Below, piece by piece: positions 27,676-35,539 of a stretch of 36,592 bases of DNA. Within the stretch, counting starts at the first letter, position 1; the number at the start of each line of letters is the position of its first letter. The position numbers and the translations under genes were made by a program. Below the pieces are notes generated by a model that saw only the letters and a program-made list of their open reading frames with translations, made no database searches and was not told where the DNA came from. Source of the DNA: a virus (lineage: Duplodnaviria > Heunggongvirae > Uroviricota > Caudoviricetes); the IMG/VR virus record IMGVR_UViG_2703718832_000006, one strand, 5' to 3'.

Positions 27676-28146
27676 TTACTCCTTCCATACCAAGTTTTTA
27701 AAGTATACACCTTCTTGCCCATTAATCGTAGAAAGATTTTTCCTCGCCTTTAAAACAAAACCATATTTAGTTAATAAGCGAATTAATCCTGAATGCTTAT
27801 CAAATATAGTAACATATACTTCTTTTAGTTTGTTTCTCATAGCAAATTGAAACATAATTCTAATAAAACGCTCTCCAAGTTTGGTTCCATGAGCATCGAT
27901 TTTAAATGTGCCAAGCTTTACTCGCTTCATCTTTGGAAACGTTGGAGTCATATCACTCAACTCTTCATCTTCTATTTTCAAATAGAGAAAACCATCGATT
28001 TCACCTAATTCATTACGTGATACAAACGCCTTATTTTTACCTTTTGAGAGAAACCAAACATCAAATCCTTCATAATCAGCTCTTAGGCTGTTAAAAAACG
28101 GATCTTTTAAATCGATATCACTAAAAAATTTTTCCTCGATAGACAT
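27676..28146 (-). CDS. GNAT-family N-acetyltransferase-like protein
   Basis: 156-aa ORF with a GNAT-like core pattern (HGTKLGERFIRIMFQFA ... LIRLLTKYGF); fold assignment is by eye only. Confidence 0.5.
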   Translation of the reverse strand: MSIEEKFFSDIDLKDPFFNSLRADYEGFDVWFLSKGKNKAFVSRNELGEIDGFLYLKIEDEELSDMTPTFPKMKRVKLGTFKIDAHGTKLGERFIRIMFQFAMRNKLKEVYVTIFDKHSGLIRLLTKYGFVLKARKNLSTINGQEGVYFKNLVWKE

Positions 28147-28320
28147 CCAGTTCCTCTTCTAATGGCAGCGAGCAAGTGACCTTATCCTTACATGTTAATA
28201 GATAACCACAGCTGTAGGCAATTACATACATTAAGCTCTATCAAACAACGAGCAAACTTAAGCACCGCTACAACTCAACCTAGCTGATGCCTGTTTTGAC
28301 GATTACCCTATCAGCGCGCG

Positions 28321-28339
28321 CTCGTATCCCCGCCACGCC
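28321..28339 (-). other. cos-like cohesive-end site
   Basis: Minus-strand GGCGTGGCGGGG..., matching from memory the first 12 nt of the 19-nt cohesive ends of P2 and 186. Confidence 0.4.
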
Positions 28340-28380
28340 TGCCCGCTTTATGTAGTGGTTTTCATGCACCTGCATGATCT

Positions 28381-28408
28381 ACGCAAAAGCCCGCCAGTTC
28401 TGGCGGGC
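28381..28408 (-). terminator. putative rho-independent terminator after the DinI-like gene
   Basis: Stem gcccgccag / ctggcgggc with a 3-nt loop, followed on the minus strand by TTTTGCG. Confidence 0.45.
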
Positions 28409-28543
28409 CTTAGCAAAAACGATCCTCAAACGATCATGCGATCTCATGCGGCATAGACATGCACTACAGAGCTAACGCCTCGCAAGGGCTCGTTGTTCAA
28501 CCTTGCTGACGCCAGAAGCAAGTTCAGACGCCAGCAACGTTTC

Positions 28544-28777
28544 TTAATGCAGCCAGCTGTCGTCTTCCCACACCTTCTGCATAATTTTCATCACTTGTTT
28601 TCTTTCTTCGTCCTGTTGCAGCCCAGTCAGTTCCACACCGTTAGAGCTACCTTTGCGGATACGAATTACCGTTTTGGGATACAGGGGGCGCAGATTGCGG
28701 TAAAGCTCGGATTCAAGGGCGTCCAGGGTAGACTGGCTAATCTTCTGCTCTTTATCGATCATTATTTCAATGCGCAT
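28544..28777 (-). CDS. DinI-like protein (DNA-damage-inducible protein I family; 186 Tum C-terminal domain-like)
   Basis: Start placed at internal MRIEIMIDK... of the track ORF 28544..28849; about 77 aa; DinI-like N-terminus and acidic/aromatic C-terminus (WEDDSWLH). Confidence 0.72.
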   Translation of the reverse strand: MRIEIMIDKEQKISQSTLDALESELYRNLRPLYPKTVIRIRKGSSNGVELTGLQQDEERKQVMKIMQKVWEDDSWLH

Positions 28778-28787
28778 AAAAGACCCC

Positions 28788-28976
28788 TCAGCTGATGACA
28801 TCCATTGAGCGGTTGTATTCGTGGCTTCTGATTTTTGCCATGAGTTCATCTGTCAGTTCAGAAACCCACTGCAGGGCCAGCCCCTTCTCTTCATCACTAC
28901 ACTCACTAGCCGCTACAAGCTTAAGAAAAAAATCAATGCGCTGGAGCTTCAAAGACTCCAAAAAATAGTCCTGCAT
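28788..28976 (-). CDS. small hypothetical protein (62 aa), first gene of the SOS-box operon
   Basis: Internal ATG (Met 35 of the track ORF) preceded by AGGAGG at good spacing; a LexA box lies about 45 bp upstream. Confidence 0.5.
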   Translation of the reverse strand: MQDYFLESLKLQRIDFFLKLVAASECSDEEKGLALQWVSELTDELMAKIRSHEYNRSMDVIS

Positions 28977-29017
28977 CTTTCCTCCTATGACACCACAAGC
29001 AATACTGTATGTATAAC

Positions 29018-29037
29018 CACTGTTTATATTTACAGTA
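29018..29037. promoter_or_regulatory. LexA (SOS) box
   Basis: caCTGTttatatttACAGta, a perfect CTGT-N8-ACAG match with an AT-rich spacer, immediately upstream of the small ORF / DinI-like operon. Confidence 0.65.
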
Positions 29038-29129
29038 TATAATAATCTTACTGATGTAAAACGTTTTTTTACGTTCATCAGCCTGATATGCCTGGTATTA
29101 TTAAGAGCACGAATTGTTAACCCGCGTAA

Positions 29130-31544
29130 TTAATACAGGTTCCGCCACTTATCATCTTCCTGCAAACGCTGGTTCCGATAGAAGATACGCAGGCCTGCTC
29201 CTGACGGAATGCTGCCGCCGCGAAGGAGTAAATCGACTTCTTTCTCGCTGCCATCAAATCCTCTGGACTTCAGTTCATAGACGAGCTGCTGTCGTTGATG
29301 GTCTGTAATTCGCTGTTTGTAGTCTCTACGCCGTTTCGGTTTCACCAGGCGTAACCTTACAGCCAGTTCCCGGCGCTCTTTTTTGTTCATACTGTGCAGG
29401 TAATCGTGCAACTCCTTGTCATCCATACGGGTGATATCCGTTCTGGTATCCCCATCAGCTGATTTGTCTTTCCCTTGTTGGTACAAATTTTCAGCAAGGG
29501 GACAGTTATTGCCACGAGTCCAAGGGGCGCAAGCGCCCTGGTCGGCTGCCGCCTCCTGAACGTCAACGGCCTTACGAACCATTTTCCACTTCACTGCATG
29601 AGTGCAAATCTTGCCCTGTACAATGGGTGACCAGATGCCATAAATACGAATACCGTGATCGCCATAAGCAGTCGGCTCTTCGTTAATTTCATAAGCTGTT
29701 CTGATAAGGTGATATTTGCGGGGAACCAGTACGCCGCCCTGCTTCATGATGTAGGTGGCAAAACAACCAGCATCAGCAGCAGCCAGGATGGCATCAAGGC
29801 GCGGGTTATCCAGTACCGGCGCACCTGCTTTTTTGTCCCCCTGTTGCCTTGCCGCCTGACCAGCCAGCAATCGCAGTTCACGGTAAGCCTGACGCCCCGG
29901 AATGCCAAAGAAGCGGAATTGCTGAACACGATGCAGAGACGCCCAGGCATTAACGTATTCAGCATTATCACGCAGGGATTTACCCGTTTCCTTGCTGATC
30001 TCGCCAGCCAGACCACGCCCGTCAATGTTCTTACTGATGTATTTCGCGATGTAGCTTGTCGGTGTTCCTTTGCGTGGGTTTATCAGCTCAGATTTAAAGC
30101 GTGGACCAGTGTTATTACCCAGTTCCTCGCGGTCTTCACGGATGGCAAACTTACGCAACAATGCAGTAATGGCGCGGCGGTCTTTTTTGCGCATGAAACA
30201 CATGAGATGCCAGTGCACAGTACCGTCATGGTGCGGCTCAGCCACCCGCACGCCATACCAGCGCAACCCGGCTTTGTGCATAGCCTTACGAAATGCAGCA
30301 AACATGCCGACCAGATAATCGCTGCTTTGTCTTACCGTCGCATTTGTCCAGGTCGGGTTGGGTCTGCCGTTGTTGAGCGTGGAATGGAAACGTGACGGAC
30401 AGGTGATAGTGTAGAAAACGGCGCAGTCACCACGCATTTCTGCGATAAGCTCCAGACCTTTAACACAGGCCATCATCTCATTGCGGCGATGTGCCGGGTT
30501 GCTGCTGCTGGCGTTTACCACATCTTCCATATCCAGCGTGTCGCCGTCTTCGTTCACCAGTTCATGAGAACGGAAAAACTCCAGCGACTTACGGCGCTGC
30601 TCACGTTTATGCGTCACGGCTTCATAGCTGACATAGGGAGATGCTTTTTTGCTGACCAGGCAGACAGCACGCAACTGCTCTTCCCGCCATTCGCAACGCA
30701 TCTTCCACAATTTTCGATACCACCAGTCGGCGCAAAGCATACGTGCCAGCGAACCCGGTATGAGTTCATAGGGCACGGGTTTGCGGCGGTTTCTTTTCCG
30801 GCGGAGTTGCTCAAACGCAGGCGGGATAACATCCAGTCGCAGGGTTTCCGCTGCCACCTTTTCCCATGTCTTGCGGATTTCTTCTGGCTTAACGTCATCG
30901 GTGGCATATAAATCGCCACAAGCGGCATCAAGGCACATGCTCATATGCGCAGCTACCAGGGTGGACAGGCGTTTTACCTGATCCTGACTCATTTCAGGCA
31001 GGATCAGCAGGCCCTCAAGCCCTTGATGGCTTGCCATAAAACGGAAAGAAGCGGATAGCTGACTGTCGCGTACACAATCCAGTCGCTCCAGACATGGCTT
31101 AATCGTCTCACGCAAATAGCGGGAATAAGCCTTTGGCCTGCCCAGGCTGCTGAAGTATTCGATACGTTGCATCAGCGGCTTGCTGATGTGGGTAGGCTGG
31201 GCGCTGACATCTGCCAGAATGACCATGTCCGGGTTAAAAAGCTGCTGCTCATGCGCAAGCTTTGCGCGGCTAATGAGCTTATCCTGCTCCATTTCGCGCT
31301 GGACAGGATCACGGGATTCATTAAAGAAATAACGCTCCCAGACCTGCTCACTCAGTGCCTCGCGGCGCAGTTGTTCCTGCTCGTTATCGGCAGCATACAG
31401 AGTGATCAGGTTTGAAAGTGCAGACTCCGGCGCAAATTCCGCCGGGTCCAGATAAGGGTTAATGGCCTTTTTCGGGCCGTTCCATGAAAATGATGCAGCG
31501 GCCTCGTTAAAGCCGCTAGAGTTGCTCATATCGTCATGACTCAT
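29130..31544 (-). CDS. replication initiation protein A (rolling-circle nicking protein)
   Basis: 804-aa ORF in the position of P2/186 gene A; contains a tyrosine pair (YIAKYI) resembling the rolling-circle initiator active site. Confidence 0.88.
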   Translation of the reverse strand: MSHDDMSNSSGFNEAAASFSWNGPKKAINPYLDPAEFAPESALSNLITLYAADNEQEQLRREALSEQVWERYFFNESRDPVQREMEQDKLISRAKLAHEQQLFNPDMVILADVSAQPTHISKPLMQRIEYFSSLGRPKAYSRYLRETIKPCLERLDCVRDSQLSASFRFMASHQGLEGLLILPEMSQDQVKRLSTLVAAHMSMCLDAACGDLYATDDVKPEEIRKTWEKVAAETLRLDVIPPAFEQLRRKRNRRKPVPYELIPGSLARMLCADWWYRKLWKMRCEWREEQLRAVCLVSKKASPYVSYEAVTHKREQRRKSLEFFRSHELVNEDGDTLDMEDVVNASSSNPAHRRNEMMACVKGLELIAEMRGDCAVFYTITCPSRFHSTLNNGRPNPTWTNATVRQSSDYLVGMFAAFRKAMHKAGLRWYGVRVAEPHHDGTVHWHLMCFMRKKDRRAITALLRKFAIREDREELGNNTGPRFKSELINPRKGTPTSYIAKYISKNIDGRGLAGEISKETGKSLRDNAEYVNAWASLHRVQQFRFFGIPGRQAYRELRLLAGQAARQQGDKKAGAPVLDNPRLDAILAAADAGCFATYIMKQGGVLVPRKYHLIRTAYEINEEPTAYGDHGIRIYGIWSPIVQGKICTHAVKWKMVRKAVDVQEAAADQGACAPWTRGNNCPLAENLYQQGKDKSADGDTRTDITRMDDKELHDYLHSMNKKERRELAVRLRLVKPKRRRDYKQRITDHQRQQLVYELKSRGFDGSEKEVDLLLRGGSIPSGAGLRIFYRNQRLQEDDKWRNLY

Positions 31545-32398
31545 ACACGCACCTCGTACACAGCAGAACTATCTACGCCACGCGAAGGATCAAATCCCAC
31601 CCAGCAGCGCGCCCCGGAAACAGCAATGATTTCTGTTGCAGATTTACTATCACCAGCTGCCACACCGATGCTGCGTTTTGCCTTGATGTAGTGGTGAGTA
31701 AAATTGCGATACAGCGAACGGATCAGGGATGTGTCACTGTTAGAAACAATGACGGGATGTCCTTCTGATGACCGATGTTCAAGAACGGATGCCAGGTGAT
31801 ACTGGTCATCTTCAGTGAAGCCGTCAGTGTGATAACCGGAAAACGTACCGTCATAAGGCGGATCGCAATACACCACATCCCCCACCTGCAGCATCGCCAG
31901 CGTTTCATCAAAGCTGGCGCAGATAAACGTTGCTCGCTGGGCTTTCTCTGCAAATGCGCGAATTTCTTTTTCAGGGAAATACGGATTTTTATAATTACCG
32001 TAGGGAATGTTGAAATGCCCGCTCTTGTTATAGCGACATAAACCACGGTAACCGTGACGATTGAGATACAGGAAATATACCGCTTTCATGAAATCAGTAA
32101 TTTCAGTTGAGTAATTAAACTCCTGCCTTATGTTGTAATAAGCCACCTCCCTGTTTGCGATCTCAAATAAAACTCTGGCGCGAGATATAAACGATTCACA
32201 ATCAGCGGCAACCTTTTTATAGAGGTTGATTAAATCAGGATTAATATCCGCAACCAGATAGCTGGGATAATCCGTCTCCATCATCACAGCACAGGAACCC
32301 GCGAAAGGTTCAACCAGTCGCGGGCCAGCAGGAAGATGTTTTTTCAGTTCGGACATTATGGCAGTTTTATTTCCCGCCCATTTCAGGATGGTGCTCAT
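31541..32398 (-). CDS. DNA N6-adenine methyltransferase (Dam family)
   Basis: Start placed at Met 21 ([11 protein letters not shown]...); DPPY catalytic motif (VYCDPPYDG) and an N-terminal AdoMet-binding region (FAGSCAV). Confidence 0.85.
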   Translation of the reverse strand: MSTILKWAGNKTAIMSELKKHLPAGPRLVEPFAGSCAVMMETDYPSYLVADINPDLINLYKKVAADCESFISRARVLFEIANREVAYYNIRQEFNYSTEITDFMKAVYFLYLNRHGYRGLCRYNKSGHFNIPYGNYKNPYFPEKEIRAFAEKAQRATFICASFDETLAMLQVGDVVYCDPPYDGTFSGYHTDGFTEDDQYHLASVLEHRSSEGHPVIVSNSDTSLIRSLYRNFTHHYIKAKRSIGVAAGDSKSATEIIAVSGARCWVGFDPSRGVDSSAVYEVRV

Positions 32399-32622
32399 AC
32401 AGCACCTCCGTTGTAATGTTTGCCTTTCAGCTCTGCGATTTCCTGACAGGTAATGCAAAGCTGCACACCCGGAATGGCACGGCGGCGTGCTGGCGGAATT
32501 GGCGCTTCACACTCAATGCAAAGCACGCGGGACACGCCCGGCGTTTTGGCACGGGCAGCACGGATATGGCGTTGGCGTTCTTCTTCAACGCGCTGCTGTA
32601 CGAGATCCATTGCATCAGCCAT
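32395..32622 (-). CDS. TraR/DksA-family C4 zinc-finger protein
   Basis: 75-aa ORF with CIECEAPIP...CITCQ four-cysteine pattern. Confidence 0.7.
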   Translation of the reverse strand: MADAMDLVQQRVEEERQRHIRAARAKTPGVSRVLCIECEAPIPPARRRAIPGVQLCITCQEIAELKGKHYNGGAV

Positions 32623-32861
32623 TAGTGGATCTCCTGCGCTTCGTTCTGGATTGCTTCAGCAGTCACACGAAGCAGTTCTGCCGCTTCGACGTGGGTTAGC
32701 TGGCGGGATGTAATATGACACGCCAGGCTATCAAGGCGAGCTGCCATTGCTTCAGCCCTTGCCCGGCGTTCTTCCAGACGAGCCTCTGTCAGTAAAATAT
32801 TAAGCCCTGCGTCATCCGGTCCGGTTTTGGTCGAGAGGGTTTCAATATTACGCATAATCAA
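32622..32861 (-). CDS. hypothetical protein (79 aa)
   Basis: ORF packed between neighbouring early genes on the same strand; no recognisable motif. Confidence 0.45.
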   Translation of the reverse strand: MIMRNIETLSTKTGPDDAGLNILLTEARLEERRARAEAMAARLDSLACHITSRQLTHVEAAELLRVTAEAIQNEAQEIH

Positions 32862-32922
32862 TTCTCCTGAATTTAGATAAAGGGATGCCCGGCGGGTTTA
32901 CGCCATTAATTTCATTGGTTGG

Positions 32923-33264
32923 TTAATTCGGCATGGTTAGCCGTCTGGGAAATAAGCTCACCACTGCACGAAAATGATTCATTGCTTTAATCAACTCCCG
33001 CTTTTCGTCAGTGGTCAGCTCATTAATGCTGATGCTATGACGTTCAGCTGGAATTTTTGCCATAAAGAATATGGCAGCCAGTGCCCGTTTATTTTGTTCG
33101 TTATTGATATCCCGTGGATCACGCATATCTTTAATAAACCGCTCAAGCTCTGACTCAATATTCAGGCCAAATACTTTCGCCCTTAATTCCGCAATGTGAT
33201 TAAGTCCATTCAGGCGTTCTCCGGGGCTTAATGGAACAGTCGCCGCAGCGCCATTAATTGCCAT
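32923..33264 (-). CDS. hypothetical protein (113 aa)
   Basis: ORF in the early operon on the same strand as the CII-like gene and A. Confidence 0.45.
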   Translation of the reverse strand: MAINGAAATVPLSPGERLNGLNHIAELRAKVFGLNIESELERFIKDMRDPRDINNEQNKRALAAIFFMAKIPAERHSISINELTTDEKRELIKAMNHFRAVVSLFPRRLTMPN

Positions 33265-33286
33265 ACTTCATATCCCCCAAACGCAC

Positions 33287-33511
33287 CTATCGTTCTTTGT
33301 TCTTACGGTAACGCTCAAGGGGAGATACATTTTTTCGTACCGTCTCTTTAACCTGCTCTCCCCGTAAAAACGTCCCATCCTTTAGCGTGAAAAAGTAACT
33401 GCCATCGCCCGACAACGACGGATAACAACAGAGCAAATCATCTTCAGGTACTGAATAACTCTCCCCTCTGTAACAAAACTGATAAACCACTTCACTTTCC
33501 GCTGCATACAT
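33287..33511 (-). CDS. hypothetical protein (74 aa)
   Basis: ATG preceded by GGAG at about 10 nt; overlaps an alternative-frame ORF (33382..33708). Confidence 0.45.
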   Translation of the reverse strand: MYAAESEVVYQFCYRGESYSVPEDDLLCCYPSLSGDGSYFFTLKDGTFLRGEQVKETVRKNVSPLERYRKNKER

Positions 33512-33685
33512 TTTGACTTTCTCCGTTTCCTCGTGGTCAATTCAGACAGCAATTCATCTTGTGAATGACATGGATGCCAGCGTTTTCCATCCTCACCCAT
33601 GATCCAGCCGTGACCGTAGTGCATTGCCGGGCTTTGCTTTACCAGCAGCGATGCAAATGATGGTTCTTTCGTCAGCATAAGCACC

Positions 33686-34201
33686 TCACAGCAAACCGAA
33701 TGAAGCACCGAGGCCGGTCACGGTATCAACTGCACTCGCCATCGCAGGGTTAGCCTGTAAACGGGCCTGCAATGAAACAGCAGCCAACGCCATCAGTCGT
33801 GTTACAGAGTTAATGCTGCTGATAGCATCACGACGACCTGCACTGGTTTTTACATCGCCAGATACCGCACCTGCAGCAACACGCCCGATCTCTGCGGTTG
33901 CACTCATGACGTAATGTGGCAGTTTCTCTTTTGCCACCTCATTAATCGGTACACATGGCAGACAATGAATCTGTGCCAGAAAACCATCTACCAGCGTTGA
34001 ATCTTCAGTCAGATCGGTAAGCAGCCAGATTTCTGGTGCGGTTAATAGATGAGGCTGAGCTGGGTTCAGCTTGTTCCGCAGAATCTGCACATTCATGCCT
34101 GCACGTTCTGCCAGTTGCACCAGATTGTGGCGCAGTGCAAATGCACGACAGGCTTCATCAAAATGTGGATGTTTGGAAACTTGGTAATCAAACATGGTCA
34201 A
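33686..34201 (-). CDS. CII-like lysogeny-establishment regulator (phage 186 CII / CP76-type); P2 B-like not excluded
   Basis: 171-aa ORF immediately downstream of Apl/Cox with an HTH-like segment ([19 protein letters not shown]); N-terminus recalled as typical of 186-type CII proteins. Confidence 0.6.
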   Translation of the reverse strand: MTMFDYQVSKHPHFDEACRAFALRHNLVQLAERAGMNVQILRNKLNPAQPHLLTAPEIWLLTDLTEDSTLVDGFLAQIHCLPCVPINEVAKEKLPHYVMSATAEIGRVAAGAVSGDVKTSAGRRDAISSINSVTRLMALAAVSLQARLQANPAMASAVDTVTGLGASFGLL

Positions 34202-34227
34202 TGCCTCTGATGTATTTCAGAATCGAA

Positions 34228-34449
34228 CTAATTAAGGTTTAGATTGCATTCTGAAAGCGCATCAACGGTCATGGCTGCTATGTTGATCATCACTTTTTCG
34301 CGTTTTTTATCTTTGCGCAAACGGTGACGGATAAGGCGTCCGTCAGCCAACATGTCATTGATGGTATCGATGGACAGCCCTGTCAGCTCGCTATAGCGCT
34401 CAATAGTCACATGAGGCGTGGTAAGAGTGATTGAAATGTTAGGTCTCAT
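34228..34449 (-). CDS. Apl/Cox-like excisionase and transcriptional regulator
   Basis: 73-aa basic ORF with an HTH-like segment ([21 protein letters not shown]), divergent from the repressor gene. Confidence 0.65.
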   Translation of the reverse strand: MRPNISITLTTPHVTIERYSELTGLSIDTINDMLADGRLIRHRLRKDKKREKVMINIAAMTVDALSECNLNLN

Positions 34450-34568
34450 GATGCAACATTCCTCGTTTAATGATGATTAATCAGGACGAATACGGATCGT
34501 TTGTATTTTGTGAACACCATAAACATACGATCGCACAATGAAATCGTCAAGATAAAAGTTCACTTGGA

Positions 34569-35144
34569 GTGACCATGAATTTGGAGAAAGGCGGACGAGG
34601 CGCTATAGAGCGCATGGTAGAAGCTTATGGATTCAAAACTCGACAGGCGTTGTGCGATCATTTAGGAATCTCTAAAAGTACACTCGCCACACGCTACATG
34701 CGTGACTCATTCCCAGCAGAATGGGTAATCCAGTGCGCCCTTGAAACGGGCACCTCGCTTAATTGGCTCACAACCGGACATGGTTCAAAGCAAACTTCAG
34801 GTAATACAAATACTATGGAAGTTGCTAAATATGTATTATCTGATGGTGCCTTGCGTGAAGACGGTTTTTATATTTTTGATAAGGGATTTCTACCCTCTAC
34901 GTTTAAAAAACCTTTTGTCATCACAGATAACAATTCTGAATTTATTTGTGATAAAGAATTTGATGATATACGTGATGGTAAATGGGTAATAAGTATTGAT
35001 GGCGAAGTAACGATCCGTGACATTACTCGTTTACCCGGTGGAAGAATCTTCGTCGAGGGTGGAAACAGAGCCTTCGAATGTAAGATAGAAGACATTGAAA
35101 TAATTGGTAAAATTATAAGTTTAACAGTCAAGTATGTTAAATAG
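34569..35144 (+). CDS. immunity repressor CI (186-type, about 190 aa)
   Basis: 191-aa ORF with an N-terminal HTH (RQALCDHLGISKSTLATRYMRD) and a C-terminal domain; divergent from apl and upstream of int. Confidence 0.8.
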   Translation: MTMNLEKGGRGAIERMVEAYGFKTRQALCDHLGISKSTLATRYMRDSFPAEWVIQCALETGTSLNWLTTGHGSKQTSGNTNTMEVAKYVLSDGALREDGFYIFDKGFLPSTFKKPFVITDNNSEFICDKEFDDIRDGKWVISIDGEVTIRDITRLPGGRIFVEGGNRAFECKIEDIEIIGKIISLTVKYVK

Positions 35145-35159
35145 TACCGGGAGGAAACT

Positions 35160-35351
35160 ATGCTTGGTAAGGTATTTTTTGTGGTTTTGTCATGTTCTTT
35201 GTTATTAAACCCACTAACTACCTATGCTAGAAATTATCCCTGCTCAGGGAAAAAGGGAGGTGTTTCTCACTGTACCTCAGATGGCAAATTCGTTTGCAAT
35301 GATGGAACTATTAGTAAATCCAAAAAAATCTGTACTAAAAACTCACGATAA
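35160..35351 (+). CDS. small secreted cysteine-containing protein (63 aa)
   Basis: GGGAGG RBS 6-7 nt before the ATG; signal-peptide-like N-terminus ([23 protein letters not shown]) and a roughly 40-aa mature part with four Cys. Confidence 0.5.
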   Translation: MLGKVFFVVLSCSLLLNPLTTYARNYPCSGKKGGVSHCTSDGKFVCNDGTISKSKKICTKNSR

Positions 35352-35539
35352 CTTTTGCTTTTATATCTGCGTCTAAAATAAAAATGAGCCGCAGGTTAAC
35401 CGCAAAAGTTACATGCTCACATAGCAAAAAGAATAGCCAACTTCATTATGGCTTCAGTGAGATGTATGGTCGTAGGATTTCATACATTGACACTGGTTAT
35501 ACATACAGTAAAAATGCTCTCTACTGGAGGGCATTTTTT

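Noticed and set aside
29655-30395. 246-aa plus-strand ORF inside replication gene A
   Set aside because: Antisense to the 804-aa A gene; no independent support.
31541-32398. Dam methyltransferase as part of a restriction-modification system
   Set aside because: No endonuclease-like ORF is adjacent on either side (the neighbours are the replication protein and a small zinc-finger protein), so it is treated as an orphan methyltransferase.
35384-35539. N-terminal extension of the integrase ORF in the track (402 aa)
   Set aside because: The extension has no RBS and would overlap the promoter region; an internal ATG with GGAGGG upstream gives an integrase of about 350 aa, the expected size.
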